This document shows, piece by piece, positions 34,059-48,518 of a DNA stretch of 64,000 bases. Within the stretch, counting starts at the first letter, position 1, and every line of letters starts with the position of its first letter. The notes beneath the pieces are model-generated. The model was not told the DNA's origin, did no database searches, and saw only the letters and a list, made by a program, of their open reading frames with translations. Made by a program: the position numbers and the translations under genes. Source of the DNA: Tubulanus polymorphus. Lineage: Eukaryota > Animalia > Nemertea. The stretch is from positions 18,066,560 to 18,130,559 of the forward strand of contig NC_134027.1 in the NCBI RefSeq assembly GCF_964204645.1, given 5' to 3'.

Positions 34059-35426
34059 TTAACCCACATGGGACTTATGTCCCAGCGGGCTATTGCGTTC
34101 ACTTTTCGTCCGTCGTCCGTCGGTACGTTCGTTCGTATATGGAATCAAGTTATTTTGGAAAGTTTTGAAGACGCTGCAAGGTAATGTCAAATTGATATTT
34201 GGTTTATACCCTAGACACATCTTCAGCCCAAAAATCGGCTCGCTCAGATTCAAGATGGCCGACTGGCAGCCATTTTTGTTCGCCAAAAGCACTTTTTACA
34301 CATTTTTGAAGTTTTCAAGGGAAATCTTGAAGATGCTTTCATCAATATCTTGACCGTTCATATATATTTGTATTCCCCAAGGGCCCATCAGCATGAGAAG
34401 AATTGGGGCGATCGGACTCAACATGGCCGACCTGTGACCTTTCCTGTACCCAAAAATGTCAATTTTGGCCTGAACCTCCTGTAGCTTCCTAATGGTTTGG
34501 CATTTTTCATCGCAATTTGTGGTGGGTATTCTATGAAAAGGAATCTCTAATGTATGTGACAGGTATTTTCGATCAGCCAATTATCACGCAATTGGCGGCC
34601 ATCTTAGTGTCATCAGATGGAAAAGGATTTTTGAGGAAAATAACAGCAAGTTTAAACTTATAGCCTTCGTGTTCCATCATTATTAGCACATTCATAGGAT
34701 CTCCTCATATGGAATATATTGGGATATACTAATATAAACTAATACAAAATAATATATTTGTTTACTTATAATGGTACCTATGTATATTTTGTAACTACAA
34801 TAAATTGCACACTTGTAGCTCATGGCATTTTCTACGATTTTGGTGAGTTTCAATATCAATGGTTTTGTATATGGTCACCAGGGGGCGTTGAAATGTACAA
34901 TAAATTAGTTTTTCCATACTGTTATCTATGCACATTTTGTAACCACGATCAATTGCAAAGTAGTAGCTCTTGACATATCTTATGACTGTTATGTGGTGAG
35001 TTTTAAGGCATTGGGTTTTGTATATGGTTACCAGGGGGCGTTGAATAGTACAATAACTTAGTATTTCCATATTATTTTGGTACCTTGGCATATCTTGTTA
35101 CCACAATCGATGGCAAAGTTCTAGCTCATAACATGTTCTATGATTGTAGTAAGTTTCAAGGTATTTGCTATTTGCATATGGTCACGAGGGGGCGTTGAAT
35201 AGTAGGATAACTTAGCATTTCCATATAATATTGGTACCTATGCATATTTTTTAACCACAATCTATAACAGAGTTGTGGCTATTGACATATTCTATCATTG
35301 TGGTGAGTTCCGAGGTCATTGGGTTTTGTATATGATCACCACGGGACGTTGAATACTGTAACTGTTAGATTGTTGAGCGTTTGAAACCACTTCCCAAGTG
35401 GGCATAGTATCCCTGGACCCCTAGTT
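34059..35426 (+). mobile_element. HINE/DINE-1-like family A copy 2
   Basis: Same ends as copy 1 (ends CCCAAGTGGGC..GGACCCCTAGTT); four ~153-bp internal repeats. Confidence 0.8.
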
Positions 35427-36506
35427 AAATTTCAAACCCGCCCCTTCAAACCCGTCATCTTCAAGGTCCGCATGTCAATAGAAAAACGTTTTAGTGCCTC
35501 GTTCTACCGCTAGGTGGCGCACTTGGGCCATTCTTTACACTGCACAACTCGACCACTATACTAACACAAGTTTCCAGGCCCGTGCCGAACTGGGGATCGG
35601 GTAGCGAACAAACCCCCCTAAAATTTCAGTGCTCTCCAAAGTCAGGGTCACAAAATTTGGATCACATTTTCATGTTTTTTTTTCGGAAAATGAAAAGCAA
35701 TACGCTCTCAAATTATTTGCTCAGAAACGCGGGCACTTCACATTTTAGATGTGTTTTTTTTCAAAAGGAAAGTGCCCCTTTTCTCGAAATAGAACAGTTC
35801 TATTGTTCTACCCTTTTTCGATACTCGAAAAAAGACTGCTTTAGAAATAGGTAAAAATTCTATGTCAAGTGTCTACCGAAAATGTTTGAATACTGATCTC
35901 TTGCTCAACTTTAATGCTATGTGTCCATTTAAGTGGAAAATAGTATGCTATTTTGATCTTACAATATCTGTAATAGTTGGCAAGTTTCGCCGAAGAATTT
36001 GATGGTCTCCGCGTTATGTTTTGCCGTAACGGTTACCTAGGCATGCTGTTTGAGAATTGTGTCAAAAGTTTTTTGATTCTAGATTTACACCGAGCAATAA
36101 ACAGATAGAATTTGATGAAGTTTATCAATTCAAGCTACGAGAAAAAGAGCATCGGACAAGCAAATCTGCTATAGGACAACACTGTCTGTTCCACTTTTAC
36201 TCGGGACTTCAATAAAAGAAGATTTTCGAAAAAACCTACTCTGACTTTGACTATAAAATCCGAGCGGCGTTGTCAAATGAGAAAAGCCAACTTGAAACTT
36301 TGCAATTTTTCAAAATGGATGCTCATTCATCTTAAATGTCTTCCGTTAACCATGCCTGTATTCTGGTTGTTGCCATGTTATAATACGTAATCGTCTGCTA
36401 ATTCTAAGCACCACTTTCGATCTGTTTCCATAATTTGTGAATTGTCTTGAGAAAAGGTTTAGGTTAACCCAAAAACGTTCGACTTAATGATTTCAACTTA
36501 TACATG

Positions 36507-37030
36507 AACTAGAGGACCAAAGGTGCTGTGTTCTCGAGGTACAGGTCTTTTTTATAATATCAATGAAAATATATTACATTGTTCATTCTACAACTTTTTA
36601 ATTATGTAGATCTGTTCGCTTTAACAACTGCCCTGGGCACTACGCCGGACAGTGGTAGGCAGGAATAAATACGTCAGATCGATTTGTTTTACCTTAAACA
36701 TTAGAGTGAAAAATGGCCGGTTATAGTTCAGAAAGATCGACAGACCAATGTCTATCACTTTCAAAGACTTTTTAATAACTAGAGGACCAAAGGTCCTGTT
36801 CTCTCGAGGTACAGTTTTTTTAAATAATATCGATGAAAACATATTACATTGTTCATTCTACTATTCTTTATGTTATGCAGATTTGTTTGCTTTTGCAACT
36901 GCCCTGGGCACTACGGTGAGACTTGACGCCAGTGGTTGGCAGGAACAAATACGTCAGATCGATTTATGCTTTAAGCTTTAGAGTGAACTATGGCCGGTTA
37001 TATGACCACTTTCAAAGACTTTTTAATAAT
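36507..37030 (-). repeat. Two tandem 270-bp 3' ends of Helitron/Helentron-like family B
   Basis: AACTAGAGGACCAAAGGT(C/G)CT at 36507 and 36777 (hairpin + CTAG on the minus strand); homologous to 130-448. Confidence 0.6.
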
Positions 37031-40000
37031 AATTGGACGGATAACATTCAAAATAATATTTGCTCATGGGCCAAGAGGTTTTACCACAGCCTTATCAAGT
37101 ACAGAGATGAGATATCAAAGTTCATAATACCAGTAAACGATAGAGGGATGCAATTTATAGTATACAAGCAGATTCGTTGACGGCCAAAGGAATGAACCGT
37201 AGCAGCTACAATCGGCGTGTTGCGGACCCAAGGACAGAGCTGCGATACTGCGCCGGATTGTTTGCCGATTATCCGCAGTTAAGCCAGACTGGTTCCATCG
37301 CACGTTTCGAGACTGCCGCAGCCGCAGCCGGGGATCGGAGCGTCATGGTGAAATGCGATCACAAATCTCATTCTCCTCACACAATGCCCATGCAAAGACG
37401 GGATCACTACGGACATGCCGTGTCGAGATGATGAATGGCGATTAGTTATATCCTAAACAATAACAGTTCACCTGTTCAGTGTTGTCTATATGGAAATAAG
37501 TATTGCGTAAAATTCATCCGAATATTCATTCGCACGTTTTATTCACCAAATTAAGCACTGGTGCACCAAAAATCAATTATAGAATGCAAAATACTTTCAA
37601 ATTAATATTTCTATTTTATACAACATAGATTCAGAATGCAAGTTTGGGAAGGAAATGTGTTACTAATGTCACCCTGATATAATTTGCATATTTCATAATC
37701 ATATAGATCTACAATGTCATATCGAACAGTTCATAACAACAATAATAATAATATAATATAACTTATGACTATAGTGTCAATATGTGCTTTAAGGTCGTAA
37801 TCAACATGTGACATAACTCAATATGTTTTCACAATAATTAGCTATAGTCAGTGCTCATCGATAATTAATTAATGTCTCTCAAACATGTCACTAGGTGTTT
37901 GTTTGTGATTCCTGATGTCTACAACTTGTCTGACACCTAGTTCTCACATTATACTCATGATTCTGTATATAAAGACTATGTAAAGCTATGATAATCATTC
38001 TCATTCTGGGATGCAATAAAGATTGTACATATAAGGTTTAACTGCCTTGTTGTTCCTGATGGATGGAATCCTGTACCGCTGGTGTAAATGCTAGTTCCCC
38101 AGCCAGCCTGCCGATACAACAACCAGCCGGTTACACTAAACAGTCTAAAGACGGGACTCCGTAGCAGGTGCATGTAGCTCTGATTGGTTGTTGCGATGCA
38201 TAGGGAACCCCGTTAATGAAGATTCTCCAGACGCCGACTGTTGCTACGCAATACGTCTGTAAAAATGTAAGGCTTTCAAAAACATTGTCTGCCAACTTTT
38301 CAAATTTAAAGACTCTTACTGACTTTCCCAGGACAAAACCAGGAATTTAAGACCGCTACGGTACCGACCCTTGGTGCAAGGTGCCCGTTTACGCCAAGTG
38401 ATGTAGTCAGCCGCATATTAATTCACCTACGCCACGCCTACGCAACTGGGTAAAATTAATTTATCCGAACGAATTATTGATAAAATATTATTCAAAAATC
38501 ATCTTGATATTATTGTGATCAACTATCACCATTCAACCCAATATAATGTGAATTAATATTGAATAAGTTGCCAGATCTATTTTTGCAGCGTATTTAACCC
38601 CATTAAAATCTGTAACCCTGTAAAAATGGTGTGCTTTGGTTCGCGGTAAAAATGAAACTGATTTTAATCATTTGAACTATCTACCGAGGATATATCCCAC
38701 GCACTTCATATTATGTCAAATGAAACACAACAGTTCAATAAAGGTAAGGCTCCAATGGTCCAGTGGCTCGCTAAACTGGTGAGAAGTAAAAATCTGTCAC
38801 GTAGGCTACCGGTATGCAAACATTCATTTCGTTGAAAATTTAACAAGAAAAAATATATAAAAAAGACTCAATTTTGGTCAGTGCGAACTTTTAATGATAA
38901 CTGACTTTTAACGAGAATGAAATCTTCGAAAAATTTATTATGGGCCTTTTGTCTGAACAAATGTTCATAACCTTAATACATCCCCTGAATGACGTAGAAC
39001 AACTAAAATTATGAGTGACCCGTTAAGATACGGCACAAACTTGCTGAAAGGCTGGGTTTCATCGGAGGTTTCTCATAATCATACGGACCAATCAGGACAG
39101 AAGCTCCCAAGTTCTTAAAATTTAAGGCCAGTGCCGGTTACTGACGAAACAAAGTTTATCGACTGACATGATTTTTAATAATTTCACGATAGGATTGCTA
39201 TAAGTAGCTTACATTTTCACTCACGCGCGACCTACACAGTGGCGCGCGTACTCTATAACTGATACAAACCCGCAGTGAACACTAGAGTATAAGGCGATAT
39301 TACCTACGGCAACGCGAATGTACACGACTGTTTTCAACGCGAACGCTATCACTGTGCCGCAGTTAACAAATTAATACAAATAATCAGCCTCCAAAACGGA
39401 TCGCTCATGCGAACGTTTATAAAATGACTTCAATTAATGATGATAAAACAAGTATATCAGTCGTGTAAATATCTAGACTCAACTCTGAAGTTCTGTGCTA
39501 TCAGTAAATTAGCCGTGTGGCGAACACGGATGTAAATTTTCCGCATTGTGAAACCACATTTTCGTCAGATATCTTGATGCAACGTTACCTTATGCACGAG
39601 ATATCAAAACTAGATGGATCATTGAACCATGGACTCTTCGTTTTAGAGTCCATGATTGAACACATCCCACACAATAAATCGTTATATCATACGCCTTGAA
39701 TATCAGTTTTCGCGCTAGAAATGATGAATATCAACCTATTCAATCGTGCCGCCATTTTGTTTGCGAAGTACCGGTAACGCGCACCAGCTGATCCACCTTG
39801 TCCAACGTTATGACGTCATGATGAAAGTCACTACTGGGTCATCACAAATTCTATATAACCAACATTTTGAGGGGTTTCGTCTTTGAAAGCCCATACTACA
39901 GAACAAAACATGCGTTTTCAGCTTAATGATAATGCCGCAGAGAAGAGCAGTCACGAACTGTCCCGATCGAGTGTACAGCCTGCTGTCATAACATATGAAT

Positions 40001-41246
40001 TCGCGTCGATACGTAACTATTTGCAGAGCAGACGAAACATGAAGCCTCAATGGCCGTTTACAAAAACATTCTAGCCATCACAATTGAAATATAATAATGA
40101 TATACAACTTAAGTTAAAATGATTTTGCTATAATTTACGAAATGGCCATAACAAATTCCGTTTTAAAATGAGTATTTCTCGCCGATTTTGGTTTTATCGC
40201 GGTATTTTTCGTTCTAACGTGACAATAAAACGAAAAAGTTCGTTTTATCGCGCGTCAAATATATTACGTCAAATATATTACGTACATATTACGTCAAAAA
40301 GTGAAACATGATCGGCAAAGTTTTAGTCCAGCCAAGGCTGTCCCTCCTGCTCCCGGTTCCACCAGCCATGTTATTTCAATGCATTGTAATGCGATTCTCA
40401 AGAAACGGATTTGGAGAAATAAGGTATATTTCAAGCATAAGCACTAAGCCGATAACAAATGACTACAAATTAAGTAAGTGATTTTGTTTACCCATGGTAT
40501 TTGCGTTTTGTCGGATTGAAGATGCATTCTACGTAAGAATAGGACATCTGTAGGACGACTGGTCGGGCAATTCGAAGGTAAGCATGTGTTTATCAACACT
40601 GAAGACTTGGAATTTTCGTTTTCGGTTAATACCATTTCGTAAAGCAGATTAAATATATATCTACAAGATCTCCAAACAACGCTGAAAATAAGAAAGTAAA
40701 ACATTATTTCGCAGTTCGTGAGAGAATTATATACATTACGCATATTTTGGTGATAATTGCCGGAACAATATCCATTCAATATGTTCTTTACCTGGTAATG
40801 ATCATTGGGGGTTCAATTCCGACTGGTTGGAGACATATAGTTAAGAAGACAGCAAAGAATACGAAGCAGACCCATGTTCTATTCATGAATGTTTACTCAC
40901 AATGGGGATAGGCCGAGGCCTGATGTAAAGTAAAGTATAAATAATATAGTTGGAAATTCCAAATAATTTGCCCTAGCAACCGTCCAGCAGATAAGCGGTT
41001 GTCAAGCAACAGTAATTCGGCGGATACCATATTGGGTGTCTATGTGACGTCATCCATCGAAGCCAAATCGTTAATCGTAGATGTTTAGATCTGAAATATA
41101 AATTGACGAAGCATTTTGAAATTACCATTGGCTATTGGCCTATACAGGGGGTGGCCATGATGTGTGGCAGTCAGAATTAATTAACTCCCCACCAGACAAT
41201 CTCCAATGTTTGTTCGGGTTGAGTGGAACATTTTCTACCTGAAATG

Positions 41247-41373
<127 letters not shown>

Positions 41374-42392
41374 TGCCCAAACATATCTGAACAGTATTTT
41401 TGTAATTTTTTAACCGTACGTAGTCTGGTAATATTGTTTCTGTTTTTGTTTCTATTGGTTCTTGTTCATCTGATGTAGATTATTATATTTCACACATTGT
41501 TGTAATATGTTTATATGTATGAATGTCAGACGCAAACAGTGCACTTGTTTATGCTGAATAAAGATGTCGATTCTTTCCCCGTAAAATCTGCCTCACTCAG
41601 CGATAATACGAGCAACGAGCAATCTGATTGGTGCCGCAAGTTGAAGAAACAAACCTTAAAGGTAAGACCATCGATATTTAAGCGCAACTGCTGATTTGCT
41701 AAGAATTTTTATAGAACTAGCAAGAGTCAGGACGATCTGCACATGTGCAGTCATTTAGGGGCAAATACTGATAAACCTGCATTTTAGATAACGAAAACAC
41801 GAGAATATTTGCGACTGTCGAGAATGAAATCTTCATATCTAAGTAAACCATGAATATTTTTGACGGCTTAACTTTTAACTACACCATATATAAGCAATAT
41901 TGAATACAGTCGACCTCGGTTAATCTGTCTCCGGTTAAACCGTATATCCACTGATTTATTCCGTATAAATAAGTTGGTCCCGTTATTCAGTAACGTTATT
42001 CGCTTAAAACTTCTGTGTCTAATGTTTAAAACATTGGTTAAGACATTCATTCACGTAATCTTTGGATCAAAATTAATATGATTGGAATAAGCGATATGTT
42101 CTGACCGTGGGGACAAGCCCATTGCGCAGTTTTTCAGAACGGTTCCATGCATACCACAGACAGGTTACTGGCAGATATGGAGGCCCAAACGCAGCCTCTC
42201 GGAATGGCTCTGGGGGCTGCGGATGCGTGCGTTGGTGGTAAATTTTGTAAAAGAGCGTTCAAATAGTACATACTGTTTTTGGGGAGGGGTTAACAAACAA
42301 TGTAGTAACTTTGTACGGGGAGGGGTCAAAGAAAAATGTACGTACTTTTCTGACAGGGGCTCTCTTTAAGAAAATGTATGTATATACAAGAG

Positions 42393-42731
42393 CATCCTCC
42401 CCCGGCAGGGATTCGAACCGGATGGCATCGAGATTGCCACGGCACGAAACCCTGCCATAATCGACCGTGTGCGCAGATACATGCGCAGTTCAGATGATGT
42501 GATTTTTAGCCAATCAGAAATCCCATTTTATTTTAGCCCGGGTTTTCCCATTTATAGTTCTTCCTTGAAATTTGCCTCAACGATTATACAACGAGCAATC
42601 TGATTGGTGCCGCCAGTTTTCGTTCGGAAAGCTGCGCATGTACCTGCGCACCTGGTCTACTGATGCAGGGGTTCGTGCCGTGGCTGAGTGTAGCGATGCC
42701 ATCAGGTTCGAGTCCCAGCAGAGGGAGGATG
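42393..42731. mobile_element. MITE-like foldback with tRNA B-box-like sequence in its arms
   Basis: Imperfect inverted arms CATCCTCC..GATTCGAACC..GCCACGGCACGAA..GTGCGCAG versus CTGCGCAC..TTCGTGCCGTGGC..GGTTCGAGTCC..GGAGGATG. Confidence 0.55.
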
Positions 42732-42789
42732 ATACAAGATATATAAAAAGAATAATGTCAAACAGTGATACAAAATATAGAATCCTAAT

Positions 42790-43720
42790 ATCACCGCCGA
42801 GCGACTACCTTGGCATTTTGCAATTAATGGCAGTCCGACAAGTTAAGCATGATTCAGCATTCGACTGTAGAACACTGCGTCGGTGAGATTAAGAGTTGGT
42901 TGTTCGAAAATAAACTATCCCTAAATGCTCCGAAGACTGATGTCGTTAATCTAGTATCGTCGCGTAGAATCGGTTCCGTGACTGGTATCTGTGTGTTTGG
43001 ATACCAACGTCAGACTGTGTAAAAGATCTCGGTGTCATTATTGATAAACATGTGAAAATGGACATGCATGTAAAGTCTGTTCGGCGTTCGACGTTCAAAA
43101 CGGCGTTCGCAAATCTGTAGCGTATCGGCCGCCTTAGAAAATACCTGAACAGGTCGAGTACCGAGCGGTTGATACATGCATTTGTAACTTCGCAAATCGA
43201 CTGGAATAATGGAATCTTAGCTGGCCATCCCAGCAACATGTTAGCTCCACTCCAACGTGTGCAAAACTCAGCTGCACGAGCTGTGTGCAAGGTTAAGAAG
43301 TTTCAACACATCACACCAACATTACGTGAGCTTCACTCGTTGCCAGTCAGAGAAAGGATTGACTATAAGATTGCACTTCAAGTATCTATGTGTATCCATG
43401 GTGCGGCTCCAAAATACCTTAAAGACCTCAATGTTCTGAAACAGTCCGCGAGAACCACCAGATCGTCATCTGGTTTAGTCGTTGATTTGAGGAGGACAAA
43501 ATCATGTCTTGGTGATAGGAGCTTCACAGTGTATGGTGCTAAATTGTAGAATCTGTTACCACACAAAATCAAACTTATAGACAATATCGATCAGTTCAAA
43601 CCTTCCCTGAAGTCCTTTTTATTTGTGAGGGCATACGGAGAGACAGCGCAGTGAACATGGACCTCGTCCCTGGAATAGCGCTCTATATAAGAGACGAATA
43701 TTATTATTTATTATTATTAT
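42790..43720 (+). mobile_element. 3' fragment of an L2-clade LINE
   Basis: VKDLGVIID..LIHAFVTS..LQRVQNSAAR..HITPTLRELH.LPV..RIDYKI; (TAT)n tail. Confidence 0.85.
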
Positions 43721-45711
43721 GATATCATGCAATTTGTTGGTTGATGAGAGGGGCATTTTAAATAAAGGTACGGGTGGTGTGGTCAATATAGTAAGTGATC
43801 GAACAAGGAGGGGGCCTAAAAACCGCTCGGGCAAAATTTACGGTTAGTTATTTGAACAAATGGTTTTGTACCACAGACAGGTCAGACGGGTAGGGAAGGT
43901 GTGGGGTTGGTTCCAAGAACTCTGAACATTCGAAGCATTTAGATTTCCCGGCCAATAATTTAAGCTAATAATTTATCAAATAACAACTTATAGAATATAT
44001 AATATTGTTAGGTTTTAAGATTAAAGTATTTGATATATTTCATTGGGTTATTTAACAATAGTACAATACCCGCCTTTTTATAAACATTAATTAGGTGTAA
44101 TTTGGTTTATAATGAGCATTTTCATCAACAGGTTCAATTTTTTATTACAATATTGACACGTTTTATTTCTTTCTATTTCTGGTAATTTCTTTTCATGTTC
44201 TTCTAATTTCTTTTCATTTTCTATATGCACCTGAGATTTTTTATGTTTAGAAAAATTACTTTTAGCAATATCTGAATTACAAATATTACAATCTTTTTTA
44301 GAATCATCAATTGTTTCATTATCTGTTATATTATTGTCATTATTTTATTGCATTATTTATATTGCATTATTATTATCTTTTAAATTATCTATTATATTAT
44401 TATCTGATATATTATTATCATTAGTTTCAATTATTAGGGTTTCTGCTGCTTTCGCAGAAACCCTCTTGCAATTCTGTTGATTATTATTATTATTATTATT
44501 ATAAATTTTCCACTTTCTAGCCAAAATTTTTTCATAAAATGTACCTCCTCTCAGATTCGACCACTAACAGCTTATAAACGTAATTTTCATTTCTGTCAGA
44601 AATATAACTCAGTGCCTGACCATTTCGAATTTGCGTATAGTAATCTATTATGAATTAATCCCGTGTTATTACCGGGTCTAAACAGCGAAAAGAATAACGC
44701 AAAGCATTGTCATCCATTGATAAAAGTACATCCCGAAAAGCCTACAAATTACCGGACGACTTCGAGCGTCAAACTCAACCGTAAATCGCGAATTCAGACT
44801 TACAATTAGTCCGGATCCTATCTTCTATTTTAGATTCAATATTATCCTCTATTTTAGTTTCAATATTCTTATCTATTTTATCTCTGTTCTATATTTGAAT
44901 CGATTATAGAATTCTCCAAAATACTTACTATATTCATAAGGTATTATATAATACATATCTGATATCATTTCACTTGGAGTTTGTATTTCATATATTCCAC
45001 TTTCCATTTATTATAAAAATGTTTTTAAAGATGATTTTATTAATACATAACACTATCTAATTGAGAATTTATATATTTAATTGCGCTTCAGATTTAATAT
45101 AAATATGCATTTTATAATTTAAACCTCCTTTTTTCTTTTTCATGAATAATTGTATTCCATCTTTTGTATTTTGTAACTTTTTCCCAGAACCATGTAATCT
45201 TCAGTTGTTCTAAAATCTAACCATAATGCAAATTTATTACCAGTATAATAATAAATTTGATTAATATTACAATCTTCAGATATTTTTTTCAATCATAAAA
45301 TGTTTTTTAATTTCAACCCATTGATCTATCATTCTCTGACAAAATATTTTATTTGCTATACCTTCGATACTAATTTCTACTTTTGATATTTCAGTGTTTA
45401 TAATAATTATCAACTTTTATTGCGCCATGAGAATAAGTTGCAATGGTAAAAAGTATTAGTATACCTTTAATAGATCGTCTTGGGAAGTAAATATTCTCAT
45501 TAATCATTTCATCATTTGCATTAATAGTTACAGTTTTAAATTTATCAATATAATCATATAATAATGAAAATCCTCGATTCTATTTAGTTTGAATTGTGTT
45601 AGCAATATTTTCATCAGTTACTGTATCATATTCCAAACTTATATTATCTCCCATGTCTTGCATTTCATAATCTTCTCCACCATCCATTTATATCAGATAG
45701 AAATTAAAATT

Positions 45712-46900
45712 AAACAAGAAAATTAATTTTAGAAAATTATTTGACGCCTGCGAAAAAAATGTAGAATTTCTGGGCTAAGCTAATGTGGAATTGCAAATTT
45801 GAAATCGAAGTTTTAAGAAATTTGGGGAATGATGAGATTTGGGTAGATGATACAGGTCTTCGACTCTAGTAGTGGTTTAAATTTTTTTAGTGAAAATTCT
45901 CAATAATTGATCGCGAACTTGCGACCGATTCATTTACTTATGCCTCTAAGCTGGTCTGCAACTTCATTGCCTCCATGGTTGAAGAAAGAGCTCTTCTGAT
46001 GTCTGCTTCATCATGACTTCGAGCATATCGTGTGGCCTAGCCAGCCGGCCCGGTCCCCGGGCTCGGGCCACGGGTTTGGCTGTCACTCGATATCCTAGAG
46101 TCTTGAGTCTGGGTGGGTTGAAGTAGACATTGTCATTTAAAATAACATGCTTATGTTGTTCTGTATGAATTACCCGTGTGTCATGTATGTTGTATTAATT
46201 TATTTTAAAATTTGTATTTATTGAATTTGGGAATTTTATCCTGGAATTTCAATGTAATAAGGATCAATAAAGAATTGAATTGAATTGTCACCTAATACAC
46301 ATGCCATCAGAGGACGCGGAGCCGTATATGACAGCTATGCTATTATAAATTGCTAATCTCACGAAACCTGCATACTCCTAATATCAAACATATTTTCTAA
46401 AACGTTTGAATATTGAAATCATATGTTTACACATTTTCATATTTACCGCTTGTAGCCGCTGATGAAATTCACGCCGGCCCTACACACATCGTAGATAGCT
46501 TCGTCCTTCCACCGGCATGCCCACGTCAGGGTCTGACTTTTATATCAGACTTCCAAATCGTGTATACATCCGCCATTTAACCGAATAATCCGATTTACTT
46601 ATCATTTCTATTTATGCCTGCCGCTTCTGATATAATCATACATCCTTTACTATTACAATACGTCTTCTAATGATATTCAATGCAATATAACATTTCGACG
46701 TTCATATATAGGTCATTATATAATCACAGGAAGCCATTCTACATCTATGTCAATAATATTTTGCCAGATAGCTTGTTTGTGTACACATAGACCTGTGACG
46801 TTTTGCACATCGATTTACGGCTGTCGTTTGTAAAATGACGCTGAATGGTTAACATTGTTTAGGTTTCATAATGGTAACGTTTTATAAGGCGTCAAAAAAA
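45712..46900 (-). mobile_element. Probable HINE-like insertion (family C) in relic B
   Basis: SubTIRs TTTGACGCCT (45740)/AGGCGTCAAA (46887); the flanks rejoin as the 3' end of the 438-aa gene homologue at an A-run. Confidence 0.55.
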
Positions 46901-48518
46901 TGATATTCCTCCTATTATAATACCTATACAAGTTATTTACTAATATACTAATTATATACTAATTATATACTTATGTAAAATACTATATTTACTTTTATAT
47001 ACTAAATTAGTATTTTCATGTGATTTATTATCATTTTTACTTCTAATTATTTCATGTTGAATATGATCAGTTCTTATATTTTCTGATGTATTGTAATCTT
47101 TTATTTTAGAATTATTATTTTATTTAATATTCTTTCTTTTAGTTTCTGTTGATATTTGTATATTTTTTTTCCATTTTTTCACCTTTCATTAGTTTTGGAG
47201 CAGTAGTCATTTTTTTATTTATATCATTTAATCCAAATGAATTATTTATTGTTGCAGTTTTAATCAAATTATTATAACCAATTATAATCATCAGAAATAA
47301 TTAATAAATTAGGACCTATACAATAATTTAATCTTACATGAGATCTATCTAAATAATTTTTATATCTTACTATATTTTCTGGAATCAATACATTTTTATC
47401 ATTATGAATAGAATCTTCAAATAATACTTTGAATTGTTTTTGTGTATCAAATGATGTATTTAAATTTCCAATTATTGGGGATCTTGTTTCAACCTGTGAT
47501 CCTAATATACAAATCAAATAAATTCTTATAGATTGATTCATTCTTTGTATACCTGATTTTGTAAATCCTTCATTATTATTATATAAATTGTAAAAAAACT
47601 ATTAGATGGTATGGGATATGTGCAATATTTTACAATTTTTTCAGGATAAGGAAGTGATCTAATTGTTCGAATTTTTGTCCGAAAATCAGAATTATTAATA
47701 TTTATATTAAATTCATCGCAAATTTTATAAAACTTTGATAAATTATTTTTATTATCTAATTCTTTAAAATATCTAGATCAAGGTAAAGGACACTCTAATT
47801 CATTTAATCTTAATCTTATTTGAAAATAAGTATGAAATCTAAATAAACCTTGAATAATCTATATTTTGAATTATTTTGATGATCATTCCAACTAATTCCA
47901 CATCCTGTTGTTGCGCAAAAAAACTGCAAAATTTAATTGGTTCTGCCAATATTTCATATTAGATTTTAACAACCATTGTTTTTCATCTTTCAATTTTTTT
48001 AAATTAATTAAGTATACATGAAAAATATTTTCCATCTTAACATTAAAATTATTAGTTTCAGTAACATTAATATGTAAATTAATTAATGAATTTAAAACTT
48101 CATTTCTATATGTAATATTTTTATAAAATCTATTGCTGGAATATTATATTTAATTAATATTATTTAACATTTTATGATATTAAATTATATTGGAAAGCTT
48201 TTGGAAAACCATCTACCATTTATATAGTAAAAAAATAAATAATTTATTAATTCTTTTAATAATTTATCTTTTTCTTCAATTGTTATATTACCATTTAAAC
48301 TCATTATATAATCTAATGTATTTTTTTAAATTTTTTTATTTCTTTTATATTAGATTTAATTTTTTCTTTATTACTTTTTATATTCAATTTTGAGCTAATA
48401 CCAGTTAAAACACTTGAACCTAAACCTAGCACACCAATTGAGATAGCTAAAGGTGTTAATGGTGAAAATATTGCTAAAAATGTTATCACCGAACTGATTG
48501 TAACCGAACCACATAAAA

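Noticed and set aside
37115-40779. Short ORFs and GCCGCCATTTT (YY1-like) motifs as a host gene or promoter
   Set aside because: No recognisable domain or consistent exon structure; cannot be supported from sequence alone.
43860-43990. Left terminus/TSD of Polinton relic B
   Set aside because: No AGTAATAGGG terminus preceded by the expected AACCCC duplication is visible.
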